Source of the DNA: Candidatus Uhrbacteria bacterium | GTDB lineage: Bacteria > Patescibacteriota > Patescibacteriia > UBA9934 > GWF2-40-263 | Reading direction: 5' to 3' | Assembly: GCA_026395055.1 (NCBI GenBank) | Contig: JAPLZK010000004.1 | Location: forward strand, 273,891 to 337,890 | DNA length: 64,000 nucleotides | Shown: positions 1-8,865 of the stretch, one piece after another | Layout: every line of letters begins with the position of its first letter | How positions within the stretch are numbered: the first letter of the stretch is position 1 | Notes under the pieces: model-generated | What the model saw: the letters and a program-made list of their open reading frames with translations, nothing else | What the model was told of the DNA's origin: nothing | Database searches by the model: none | Position numbers and translations under genes: made by a program

Positions 1-536
1 ATCAATCGTTGATTCCTGTTGTGGTGGCGGTCGGACATGAACGCGACGAGTCGCTCGCCGATTACGTCGCAGACATTCGTGCGAGTACGCCCTCAAACGC
101 GGCAGAGCGTGTGGTGCCGTCACGAGCAGATGTAAAATACGAACTCGACATGATGATGCGACATCAAGAACAGCAATTGCAATTTGTCATGGATGAATAT
201 CGCACCGCAGCGGATCGTATGGCAACAAAAGTTGGACATATCCTCGAACGCGAACGTGATCGTTTGCTCATGATGCAAACACGACTGCAAGATCGTGCAC
301 AGAGTTGGTTGCCTGCGCTTCGAGATGTAATCGAGTCGAGCGCACGTTTGTTGCGCCAAGTAGATCCAACAAGAATTCTTGCGCGAGGATACGCGATTGT
401 CCGTGTTGGGGGAGCCGTTGTGCGTGACGCGTCTGAGCTTGCGGTCGGAAGAGAACTCGCGATACAATTGGGCACAGGTTCGCTTGACGCAGAGGTTTTA
501 CGCATAAATGGGAAAGGGAAGCAAAAGTTGGTGTAG
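1..536 (+). CDS. xseA: Exodeoxyribonuclease VII large subunit, C-terminal part (5' truncated by window edge)
   Basis: [32 protein letters not shown] and [13 protein letters not shown] motifs; xseB lies downstream. Confidence 0.93.
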   Translation, partial: QSLIPVVVAVGHERDESLADYVADIRASTPSNAAERVVPSRADVKYELDMMMRHQEQQLQFVMDEYRTAADRMATKVGHILERERDRLLMMQTRLQDRAQSWLPALRDVIESSARLLRQVDPTRILARGYAIVRVGGAVVRDASELAVGRELAIQLGTGSLDAEVLRINGKGKQKLV

Positions 537-538
537 TG

Positions 539-566
539 TGTCATTGCGAGCGGAGCGAAGCAATCT
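539..566 (+). repeat. Palindromic element, left flank of GIY-YIG gene
   Basis: TGTCATTGCGAGCGGAGCGAAGCAATCT; imperfect inverse of 867-900. Confidence 0.85.
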
Positions 567-572
567 TCGTGT

Positions 573-860
573 ATGATGAAAACGTACTACGTCTACATCC
601 TGACAAACTGGAATAATGAAGTTTTGTATATCGGTGTAACAAATAATATTGCAAGACGCGTCTTCGAACATAAAGAGAAGCTTGTAGATGGATTTACAAA
701 AAAGTACAACGTGAACAAGTTGGTTTACGTTGAGTCTTGTGAAGATGTTCGAGATGCTATCGCACGAGAGAAACAGTTAAAAGGAGGATCACGTAAAAAG
801 AAGATTGATTTAATCGTAGCAGACAATCCTGAGTGGAACGATTTGGCGGATACGCTTTAG
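573..860 (+). CDS. Stand-alone GIY-YIG nuclease family protein
   Basis: YYVYIL...LYIGVTNNIARRVFEH...AIAREKQLK signature. Confidence 0.93.
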   Translation: MMKTYYVYILTNWNNEVLYIGVTNNIARRVFEHKEKLVDGFTKKYNVNKLVYVESCEDVRDAIAREKQLKGGSRKKKIDLIVADNPEWNDLADTL

Positions 861-866
861 ACGAAA

Positions 867-900
867 AGATTGCTTCGTCGTCGAACTCCTCGCAATGACA
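867..900 (-). repeat. Palindromic element, right flank of GIY-YIG gene
   Basis: AGATTGCTTCGTCGTCGAACTCCTCGCAATGACA; a near-identical inverted copy lies at 17925-17958. Confidence 0.85.
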
Positions 901-904
901 CATT

Positions 905-1114
905 ATGAAAAAACCAATAACGGTTGACTTCGCAAAATCTTTTGAAGAACTCGAAAAAATCACGCAGTGGTTTGATTCAGAAGAGCATTTGGATCTCGAC
1001 AAAGGTCTGAAGCAATTTGAACGAGGACTTGAGCTCGCTTCACTTCTTAAGCAAAAATTGTCCGAGGTAGAAAATAAAGTTACAGAAATTAAGAAAAAAT
1101 TTGAATCCGAATAA
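905..1114 (+). CDS. xseB: Exodeoxyribonuclease VII small subunit
   Basis: F..SFEELEKI...LDLDKGLKQFERGLEL...L.EVENKV pattern; synteny with xseA. Confidence 0.9.
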   Translation: MKKPITVDFAKSFEELEKITQWFDSEEHLDLDKGLKQFERGLELASLLKQKLSEVENKVTEIKKKFESE

Positions 1115-1115
1115 T

Positions 1116-1466
1116 ATGGCTCAATTACTTGTACGTTGGCTGTTGAATGCACTTGCGCTCATTGCGGTTGCAAACATTGTTCCAGGAATTCACGTCGATA
1201 GTTTTTTTCATGCGCTTATTGCCGCACTTATTCTTGGACTTGCAAACGCGCTCGTGCGTCCAATTTTAATCGTGCTTACGTTGCCAGTCACCATTCTCAC
1301 ACTCGGATTATTTGTCCTTGTGATTAACGCGCTCATGATTTTGCTTGCCTCCACGATTGTAAAAGGATTTTCTGTGGATGGATTCGCTCCGGCGTTTCTT
1401 GCAGCCATTGCCCTTTGGTTTATGAGCATGGTGACAAACTGGTTTATTCAATCAACTGAAACATAA
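1116..1466 (+). CDS. YvlD/phage holin family 4-TM membrane protein
   Basis: WLLNALAL...VPGIHV...ALILGLANALVRPIL..LTLP.TILTLGLF.LVINA. Confidence 0.85.
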   Translation: MAQLLVRWLLNALALIAVANIVPGIHVDSFFHALIAALILGLANALVRPILIVLTLPVTILTLGLFVLVINALMILLASTIVKGFSVDGFAPAFLAAIALWFMSMVTNWFIQSTET

Positions 1467-1504
1467 AACGCCTCTTCGGCGTTTTTTTCTTGTCTGTTTT
1501 TCCT

Positions 1505-2203
1505 ATGATGAAACACGAAAATATTTTTATCCTTTCGGTGGGAGGCTCACTTGTTGTTCCAAAAACGGGCATTGATACAACATTCCTTCAGGAGTTTAAA
1601 AAGCTGATTGTGAAACATGCAAAACTCGGAAAACGATTTGTGATTGTGGTTGGTGGGGGAACAACGGCGCGGAATTACCAAGATGCCGCTCGACGCGTAG
1701 GAAAGTTAACGCTTGATGACATTGATTGGCTCGGAATTCACGCAACACGTTTGAATGGACATCTCATGCGAACGGTTCTTCGAGATGTTGCGCATCCAAT
1801 CATGATCAAAGATCCAACACGCCCCATTGGGAAATGGACAGAACCTGTCTTGGTCGCTGCCGGATGGAAACCTGGCTGGTCTACCGATTATGTTGCAACA
1901 CGCCTTGCAAAGAAGGTTGGAGCGACGACGATCGCAAACCTTTCAAACATTGATTACGTTTACACAAAAGATCCAAACAAATTTAAAGACGCAAAAAAGA
2001 TCGAGCAAATCTCCTGGAAGGATTTTCGTAAAATGGTTGGGAACGTTTGGGATCCTGGAATGAACGTGCCATTTGATCCAATCGCTTCCAAGCTTGGTGA
2101 GCAATGCAAAATGCATGTAGCGATTGTGAATGGAACGAACATCAAGAATCTGGATCAATTATTATCGGGAAAAATCTTTGAAGGAACGAGGATCGAGGGA
2201 TAG
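1505..2203 (+). CDS. pyrH: UMP kinase (archaeal type)
   Basis: LSVGGS, VVGGG, GWKPGWSTD, NIDYVYTKDP, PFDPIAS motifs. Confidence 0.9.
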   Translation: MMKHENIFILSVGGSLVVPKTGIDTTFLQEFKKLIVKHAKLGKRFVIVVGGGTTARNYQDAARRVGKLTLDDIDWLGIHATRLNGHLMRTVLRDVAHPIMIKDPTRPIGKWTEPVLVAAGWKPGWSTDYVATRLAKKVGATTIANLSNIDYVYTKDPNKFKDAKKIEQISWKDFRKMVGNVWDPGMNVPFDPIASKLGEQCKMHVAIVNGTNIKNLDQLLSGKIFEGTRIEG

Positions 2204-2340
2204 TCAGGAATTCCGATTTCGTAAGAAGTCGGTTTTTTTGTCTCCAAACCCTTTACAATTTTGGGAAAATATGTTACTTTATTCGCCTCTCTGCTTTGAG
2301 AGATGCTCGAAAAATCAACTTCGGTCGTGGAGGTAGAGGT

Positions 2341-3192
2341 ATGGCCATTGAACACGCGATCGTGGCGGCCGCAAAGAAGCGGGGTACGATCTCGGAGGAT
2401 GCGTATGCGGTTGCACACACGTCTGGTGAACCATTTGTCGCTTCTGTCGTTGATGGGCGCGGATTTCACGCTCGACGACACGAAGTCGCAGATCTCGCCC
2501 AATTCATTGCTTCTGAACTCGTTTGCGATTTGCAGCAAGATGCGAATCCCGACATGCTTCCGAAGTGGTTCGATGAGGTTCAGGATGCTGTTGAGCATCG
2601 GTTCCCAAACATCCCGATGGGTGCTTCGGCCGCATGTCTCATTGTGGATCGATCGCGCGTTTTGCGCCTCGCACACGTTGGCAATTGCCGTTTGTTCCGA
2701 TACGCCCCAGAACATTTTGAAGGCGCTGAACGATTGACAAAAGACCATACGCCCGGCCTTGAGAAGGAAAAGCGGCGTCTGGAAGGATTTTGTCAGACGG
2801 GAAATTTTCGCGTCATTCGACATGGCCAAGACATCCCTCTGATTGATGTTGCGGAAGACCGACTGCACTTTTTGGAACAGTGCGTTGGGTATTCGCGGGA
2901 TTCGCTTTCGTACACGCGAGGATTCGGTCATGCACGTTTTCGCCCTGCGCTTACGCATGAGCCGGAAATCTGCACCTTCGAACTCCCGCAAGACACAGTC
3001 AATATTTTCGCGCTTTGCTCTCATGGGGGAAGCAGGATTGTACGTCACGTGTTTCGGCGCCTTCAACAGATGGAGTTGGATGCGACCGTGACTCTCGAGA
3101 TGCTTTCTCAGATGGCGAAAGACCGGATTGACGAAAAGCCAAAAGGCCCAAGAGACGACACAACCATCATCTTTTTCAAGGTTTTACCTTGA
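2341..3192 (+). CDS. PP2C/PPM-fold phosphatase-like protein with degenerate metal ligands
   Basis: SEDA, VVDGRG, AHVGNCR, LTKDH, TRGFGH, EPEI, CSHG, DDTT; GGAGGT SD upstream. Confidence 0.75.
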   Translation: MAIEHAIVAAAKKRGTISEDAYAVAHTSGEPFVASVVDGRGFHARRHEVADLAQFIASELVCDLQQDANPDMLPKWFDEVQDAVEHRFPNIPMGASAACLIVDRSRVLRLAHVGNCRLFRYAPEHFEGAERLTKDHTPGLEKEKRRLEGFCQTGNFRVIRHGQDIPLIDVAEDRLHFLEQCVGYSRDSLSYTRGFGHARFRPALTHEPEICTFELPQDTVNIFALCSHGGSRIVRHVFRRLQQMELDATVTLEMLSQMAKDRIDEKPKGPRDDTTIIFFKVLP

Positions 3193-3291
3193 TTCTGCCA
3201 CCCTTCGACAAGCTCGGGGTGGTTTTTTCTTTGAAAAAGACGGGTTCTTGACGAATCCTTGCTTTTCCCTTATCCTAAGCACAAATCCAAT

Positions 3292-3340
3292 CGCCCAAGA
3301 CAGCAGGTGCCCTAAAAGCATAAGTCCTGCCGAGGTGAAT
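3292..3340 (+). promoter_or_regulatory. Ribosomal protein L10 leader RNA
   Basis: CCAAGACAGCAGG...TAAGTCCTGCCGAGG directly upstream of rplJ-rplL, matching the L10 leader pattern. Confidence 0.75.
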
Positions 3341-3343
3341 AAG

Positions 3344-3377
3344 ACCCCTCCCAACCTCCCCTTATAAAGGGGAGGGG
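3344..3377 (+). repeat. C/G-rich palindromic dispersed repeat (other copies 15834-15869, 17746-17781, 23116-23149)
   Basis: ACCCCTCCCAACCTCCCCTT-ATA-AAGGGGAGG. Confidence 0.8.
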
Positions 3378-3461
3378 AATGCGGTCCATTCATAAGTCCT
3401 GGCGAAAAGCCCGGATTTTTTATTAAAGGTCGAAGAAACAAGTAACATACACGTCTCGATT

Positions 3462-3983
3462 ATGCCAAAAACCAGAAAACAGAAGGCAGAGATCAAGAGC
3501 GAACTTGCGGATAAATTTGGAAAAATGAAATCCGTTGTGTTTACCTCCGTCTCTGGTTTCACCATGAAAGACGCAGATGCGCTTCGTGCAAAAGGAAAAG
3601 CAGAAGGTGTTGATTTCTTGGTTACCAAGAAAACTATCCTTGTACGCGCCTTAGAAGAAAAAGGAATTACCTTGTCGAAAGATTTGGTTTCCGGAAGTCT
3701 TCTCACAGCCATCAGCTACACAGATGAAGTTGCTCCCGCTAAAATCATTGCAGACTTTTCAAAGGGTCGCGAAGGATTCAAAATGGTCGGAGGAATTTTA
3801 GAAGGATCGTTTGTGGATTCACGAGCGGTTATCATGCTTTCAACACTTCCTTCTAAGCAAGAATTGCTCGCGAAGTTGGTTGGTACATTGAATGCTCCGG
3901 TTTCAGGATTTGTAAACACTCTTGCCGCGAACGTTCGTGGTCTCGTTGTTACATTGAATGCCATCGCAGAACAAAAATCTTAA
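3462..3983 (+). CDS. rplJ: 50S ribosomal protein L10
   Basis: VTKKT, LSTLPSKQELLAKLVGTLNAPV; upstream of L7/L12. Confidence 0.97.
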   Translation: MPKTRKQKAEIKSELADKFGKMKSVVFTSVSGFTMKDADALRAKGKAEGVDFLVTKKTILVRALEEKGITLSKDLVSGSLLTAISYTDEVAPAKIIADFSKGREGFKMVGGILEGSFVDSRAVIMLSTLPSKQELLAKLVGTLNAPVSGFVNTLAANVRGLVVTLNAIAEQKS

Positions 3984-4004
3984 TCTATCCTTATTACACA
4001 TCTT

Positions 4005-4406
4005 ATGGAAATGGAAAATGTAGAAGTTCCAGCTAAGTTCAAGACACTCGTTGAGTCTATTGAAACAATGTCTGTTCTCGATCTTGCAGAACTCGTAAAA
4101 CTTTTGGAAAAGAAATTTGGCGTAAGTGCCGCTGCTCCCGCTATGATGATGGCAGCAGGTGGTGCAGCAGCAGGAGCTCCAGCTGCAGAAGAGAAAACAT
4201 CTTTCGATGTTGAACTCACCGCGTGTGGAGACAACAAGATCGGCGTGATCAAGGTTGTACGTGAAATCACAGGTCTCGGACTTAAAGAAGCAAAAGACGT
4301 TGTAGACGGAGCACCAAAGAACGTTAAGGAAGGTGTTTCAAAAGACCAAGCAGAAGAAATCAAAAAGAAATTGGTTGAAGCAGGTGGAACAGCCGTCATT
4401 AAGTAA
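4005..4406 (+). CDS. rplL: 50S ribosomal protein L7/L12
   Basis: [30 protein letters not shown]. Confidence 0.98.
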   Translation: MEMENVEVPAKFKTLVESIETMSVLDLAELVKLLEKKFGVSAAAPAMMMAAGGAAAGAPAAEEKTSFDVELTACGDNKIGVIKVVREITGLGLKEAKDVVDGAPKNVKEGVSKDQAEEIKKKLVEAGGTAVIK

Positions 4407-4410
4407 TGAC

Positions 4411-4444
4411 AAAAAACCCTCGATGAAATATCGAGGGTTTTTTT
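4411..4444. terminator. Bidirectional intrinsic terminator
   Basis: AAAAAACCCTCGAT-GAAAT-ATCGAGGGTTTTTTT between convergent genes. Confidence 0.85.
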
Positions 4445-4450
4445 ATTTCT

Positions 4451-4846
4451 TTATTTTTGTCTGTAGAGTTTCATGCCATCAATCATGATGGTGTCTTTGT
4501 CGACCTTCGAGATGTAGATGTCGTAGGTTTTTTTGAAGGGAATAGATGTTTTACGCATTTGGACAGACACGTTGTCTTCAAAGCGTTTTACGATTTCATA
4601 CGTTCCGTTGTCTTTGAAGGCAGATTCTGTCTTCATGTCATACGTTCCGTTTTTAAACGTATAGACAACAAACCATTTGTATCCATCTTTTGTCACGGAG
4701 TCTGTACGCCATGCTCCGGTAAACTCGTCTTTAGATTCTTGGACAAGAGGTGTATGTGTTTTTTGGATGAGAACAAATCCGCCCACACCAAGAATGACCG
4801 CCGCAAGAATAAGGAAACCGACCAGGGAGAGTTGTTTTTTGTTCAT
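4451..4846 (-). CDS. Hypothetical membrane-anchored exported protein
   Basis: N-terminal TM helix followed by a beta-rich domain (FTGAW). Confidence 0.75.
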   Translation of the reverse strand: MNKKQLSLVGFLILAAVILGVGGFVLIQKTHTPLVQESKDEFTGAWRTDSVTKDGYKWFVVYTFKNGTYDMKTESAFKDNGTYEIVKRFEDNVSVQMRKTSIPFKKTYDIYISKVDKDTIMIDGMKLYRQK

Positions 4847-4852
4847 AGAAGA

Positions 4853-7063
4853 TTAACTTTTCAAATGTCCCGCCGTTATCGTATAAATATTTGCTCCGGA
4901 CAAAATATACACAGCTTGGGCTTTTTCATCAACAAGGAAGTCGGAAAGATCAGCAAATGCATCGGAAGTATATTGTGTCACGAATGCGCCCGTATCTTTT
5001 TTATAGACGATGAGTCGTTTCGTTTTTGGCTCGAGCGCGTAGAGGAATTTACTGTTTCCATCTGTCCAAATGCGAGTTATATCTGTCGCAGGTGGTTCAA
5101 TCGCACCAAGTTGCCATCCAACTTCTGCACCGTTTTGAAATCGTGCAACAAGTCCGGTGCCATGGAGAATGTAGAGAGAACCATCGATCGTGAGCGCATG
5201 TGGGCTTGCGAGTGCTTCTGTTTTTGAGGAGATCCAAGACGTTCCCGTTCCGTAGCCGGATCCTCCCTTACTGAACTTCAGAAGTTCTGCGTCATTCGTG
5301 TTTGCTGTTAAGAGATACATGCGATGTGCATAGGCAAGCAAGGAGACGGCGGATCCGTTTGATGGATTTGAGATAGGAACAGGAGAAATGGTTCCGGCTT
5401 TAACATCGATGTCAAAGAGCTGATTGGTTGAATTCAGGGCGAAGATATGACCATCTTCCTCAGATGCGTCAACAATTGGCGAAGAAGATATTTGTGAAGG
5501 GGAGAGCGCTTTGACTTGTTTGGTTACGGGATCAACTTGCCAGATCATTTGATTCGCATCGATCACGTACAGTTGAGAACCAGAACGAATGATACGCACC
5601 CCTTTTTGTTCTCCCGTTGCACTCACCTCGATCTTTGCCAGAAGAGCTGGGTTTGGAATCGTGACAACGTGACGTAGTTCATTCATGGCCGTGTCGACGT
5701 CCTTTGAGAGTTTCGAGGCTGTTTCTTTGTAAGCGGGTTTATCTGTTGGCAATTGCTGGATGAGTGTGGTTGCTTGTTGGTAAAGGGATCGTGCTTGATT
5801 TTCATCTTTATAAATCATGGCGCCACCTGCGCGATCAATAACATCTTGAATGGTGGAGACACGCGTTTCAAATTGTTTTTGCGCTTCTGAGGTGGAGTGA
5901 AAATGAGAAAGAAGCGTGAGTCCAATAATGAGGAGTACGACGAGTCCGATGAGCATTTGTGCAAAGCGTCTGGTGCGCACCGGCAACGATCGAACTTTTT
6001 GCATTTGAACGAGCCAAGCATTTTTCCACGCAATTTTACGTGTTGGAATGGATTGCACGAACGCAGTTCTGCGTTCTTTACTTGTAAGAGCCATGATGCC
6101 AAAACTTATTCCTTTGCATGTGCGTCGAACAGCCTTCCAGATGTTGTGACTCACCGATGTGAGAAGTTTGAGAAGGATCTTGAGGCGTGGTTCTCCTCTA
6201 CGGAGGTCTGTGAGAATACGAGAACGCTCCGTAAGTTTCTTATAAAAGAATGTAATGCGAGTTTTCAGAAATCCAATAAGATCTGGTTTTTGGTCTTCAA
6301 GGAGTTTCGTGGTTTCGTCCTGTCCGCGAACAAAGGAGTCGATGGAAACATCGGAAAGAGGTTTCGCGTACGATTCTGGAATGGAAGACGCGGAAGATTC
6401 TGCTTTGATGATGAGAAGTAAAAGTCCGTCATTTGCGGCAAAGTACTGTCTAATTTTTTCTGTTGCACTTTTGGGAGGGAGCGCGGTCAGAATAGAATTC
6501 AAATCATCTTGGGAGATGCTGTGTTGAATATCTTTTTGAGAAACGCAAAAGACATCACCGTCTTCTAAGTCGCCGTCCAAAACGACCGCGAATGGTTTTT
6601 CCCAGGTCGGGAGTGCTTGTTCTGTTTGAATTCCACGAAACAAATTGAAGACTTGATACCGTTGTGACGGTTTGCGATGCAAAAAAAGAGCGGACAGCTC
6701 ACCGGTTCCAGAAAGAAACATGCGATCTTCTGAGATAATTCCGACAGCCGCATGAAAATTTTGAATGGGAATATAAAATCTTCCGTCACGAACGGTTTGA
6801 GAAACGGTTTCATTCAATGCGCCCAAGAACTGTTCGAAACGATGTTGTGCATTTGCGTCTTTCCCAAACGAATTTGCAAGTCTGTGGACGTGATCACTCA
6901 GGAGTTGCAGTAAAACATCGTTGTCTGGATTTTTTTTGCTTAAATACGCAAGGACGAAGACATATCCACTTCTGCCCTCAAGGGGGAGAATAACCGAAAG
7001 CCCCTCCACGTGCTCATTTGGGGATTTAGGCTCATATTGTGCCGCTTTCAGATAGGGGCTCAT
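4853..7063 (-). CDS. Hypothetical membrane protein: degenerate PP2C-like N-domain, one TM helix, C-terminal beta-propeller
   Basis: Long ORF; TM MLIGLVVLLIIGLTLL; YVID/YLL/YIL/YAL blade-like strands; start at MSPYLK chosen to avoid the divergent gene. Confidence 0.7.
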   Translation of the reverse strand: MSPYLKAAQYEPKSPNEHVEGLSVILPLEGRSGYVFVLAYLSKKNPDNDVLLQLLSDHVHRLANSFGKDANAQHRFEQFLGALNETVSQTVRDGRFYIPIQNFHAAVGIISEDRMFLSGTGELSALFLHRKPSQRYQVFNLFRGIQTEQALPTWEKPFAVVLDGDLEDGDVFCVSQKDIQHSISQDDLNSILTALPPKSATEKIRQYFAANDGLLLLIIKAESSASSIPESYAKPLSDVSIDSFVRGQDETTKLLEDQKPDLIGFLKTRITFFYKKLTERSRILTDLRRGEPRLKILLKLLTSVSHNIWKAVRRTCKGISFGIMALTSKERRTAFVQSIPTRKIAWKNAWLVQMQKVRSLPVRTRRFAQMLIGLVVLLIIGLTLLSHFHSTSEAQKQFETRVSTIQDVIDRAGGAMIYKDENQARSLYQQATTLIQQLPTDKPAYKETASKLSKDVDTAMNELRHVVTIPNPALLAKIEVSATGEQKGVRIIRSGSQLYVIDANQMIWQVDPVTKQVKALSPSQISSSPIVDASEEDGHIFALNSTNQLFDIDVKAGTISPVPISNPSNGSAVSLLAYAHRMYLLTANTNDAELLKFSKGGSGYGTGTSWISSKTEALASPHALTIDGSLYILHGTGLVARFQNGAEVGWQLGAIEPPATDITRIWTDGNSKFLYALEPKTKRLIVYKKDTGAFVTQYTSDAFADLSDFLVDEKAQAVYILSGANIYTITAGHLKS

Positions 7064-7160
7064 AGCGAAGTTGCTCAAGATCAAGCGTTTGTGTACATTA
7101 TACCTGTATAAAAGGAGGGCGCAATGGAGACAACATGCAAAAGTTGTCTTGAATCTGATT

Positions 7161-7763
7161 ATGAACAAGCACACCTTCAATCTCGAACACATGTTTGGTT
7201 CAAAGACTCGAGCTCGTTTAATGAGCTTGTTTTTGCAACAACCAAAAGAATTATTTTTCGTGAGAGAACTGACGCGTCGTATTGGCGCTCAGCTCAACTC
7301 CGTTCGACGCGAATTAAAAAATTTAATCGACATGGGGCTCATTTTGGAAAAACAATCAGAGCACGCACGACTTTCTGGAACTCTCGCAGAAAAGAAAAAG
7401 TTTTACACCGTCAACACAGATTACATTCTGTATGAAGATCTGCGTTCTTTGTTTCAAAAGGTTTCTATTTTATTGAAACAAAATTTGGTTCAAGAGATTG
7501 ATCAAAAAGGATCCATTGCGTATTTTGCGTTTACCGGACGTTTCGTAGATGCAAAAGATATTTCTACAGACCTGTTGATTGTGGGAGATATCAAGCAAGA
7601 GCTTCTAGAAGAAGTGATCAAAAAGTTCGAGGCAGAAATTCCATACGAAATTAACTACACCCTCATGCCAAAAGATGAGTTTCGTGATCGCCGACAAGTT
7701 GCAGACAGATTCTTGTCCAGTATTTTGAATGCAGAGAAAGTTGTCATGATTGATCGCATTTAA
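7161..7763 (+). CDS. Winged-helix protein with nucleotidyltransferase-like C-terminal domain
   Basis: FGSKTRARL...FVRELTR...NSVRRELKNL; TDLLIVGD. Confidence 0.75.
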   Translation: MNKHTFNLEHMFGSKTRARLMSLFLQQPKELFFVRELTRRIGAQLNSVRRELKNLIDMGLILEKQSEHARLSGTLAEKKKFYTVNTDYILYEDLRSLFQKVSILLKQNLVQEIDQKGSIAYFAFTGRFVDAKDISTDLLIVGDIKQELLEEVIKKFEAEIPYEINYTLMPKDEFRDRRQVADRFLSSILNAEKVVMIDRI

Positions 7764-7765
7764 GT

Positions 7766-8143
7766 ATGGACCTGTTCATCTGCGCCCAAGATATTCAATT
7801 CATTACGTTTGGTCTCGTGAAAGATCGAACGTTGTTTTGTGAAAAGGCTTTTGAGGTTCCTCCAGAAAAGTATCTTTTCTCGCTCGACGTGTTTCTTTCT
7901 GAGCAACATGTGGCGCCTGTGGACGTGTCTCGCATCCTGATTGTGAATGGTCCGGGTTCTTTTACGGCGAGTCGTGTGAGTGTGGTGATGGCAAATTCAT
8001 TCGCGTTTGTGCAACAAATCCCCATGTGTTCTATAGAGAATCCTGAGCGAAGATCGCTTGCGGAACTGCTGCCCATTCTTGAAAGACGCCCAGATCAGGC
8101 ATTTGTTGTTCCAGCATATGACAGGCCACCGAATATCACCTAA
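7766..8143 (+). CDS. tsaB: TsaB-like t6A biosynthesis protein (short form)
   Basis: IVNGPGSFTASRV motif; C-terminal P.Y..PPNIT. Confidence 0.75.
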   Translation: MDLFICAQDIQFITFGLVKDRTLFCEKAFEVPPEKYLFSLDVFLSEQHVAPVDVSRILIVNGPGSFTASRVSVVMANSFAFVQQIPMCSIENPERRSLAELLPILERRPDQAFVVPAYDRPPNIT

Positions 8144-8183
8144 AATAGAGAGAGCGCGTTTATAAATCACTCCTATTCGCCAT

Positions 8184-8864
8184 ATGTCATTTGATACAAA
8201 CCTTCTTCAGGTTCCGCTTCTTGAACTCTGGAATACAATGGTTTCGTTTTTACCTAATGTGATTGGTGCGGTGATCGTGTTTGTGATCGGTATTTTGATT
8301 GCGGTTGTTTTGTGCCAGGTTGTTGTGCGCATTGTTGCACTTTTGCGTATTGACGAACTTGCAGAGAAACTCGATATTAAAAAGCAATTTGAACGTATGG
8401 GAATTCGTTTGCATATTGGTTCCTTGCTTGGATGGATTGTAAAATGGTTTTTCATTATTGTGTCCCTTATTGCCGCAACAGATATTTTGGGATGGAAAGA
8501 AGTGACGGATTATTTAAAACAAGTGGTTCTCTTTGTTCCAAACGTCATCATTGCCGTCATCATTCTGCTTGCAGGAATTTTGCTTGGGAATTTTGTGCAG
8601 AATGTTGTCCGGTCTGCCGTTGAGGCGGCACAACTTGCTTCTTCACAATTTCTTTCTGCCCTTGCAAAGTGGGCAATCCTGATTTTCAGTTTTATGGCCG
8701 CTCTTGTGCAATTGCAAATTGCCCCAGATCTTATTCGAACACTTTTTACCGGTCTTGTGTTCATGCTCGCCCTTGCGGGTGGTCTTGCGTTTGGACTTGG
8801 TGGAAAAGAACACGCCTCTGAGTTTTTAACACGTCTTAAAAAAGAGATCTCCTCTGAAAAATAA
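8184..8864 (+). CDS. Multi-pass membrane protein, MscS-associated TM-helix repeat (CmpX-like)
   Basis: FLPNVIGA / FVPNVIIA repeats; ALAGGLAFGLGGK. Confidence 0.8.
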   Translation: MSFDTNLLQVPLLELWNTMVSFLPNVIGAVIVFVIGILIAVVLCQVVVRIVALLRIDELAEKLDIKKQFERMGIRLHIGSLLGWIVKWFFIIVSLIAATDILGWKEVTDYLKQVVLFVPNVIIAVIILLAGILLGNFVQNVVRSAVEAAQLASSQFLSALAKWAILIFSFMAALVQLQIAPDLIRTLFTGLVFMLALAGGLAFGLGGKEHASEFLTRLKKEISSEK

Positions 8865-8865
8865 C

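Noticed and set aside
1116-1466. Prophage suggested by a holin-family gene
   Set aside because: The YvlD-type family is a common chromosomal gene and no phage genes are nearby.
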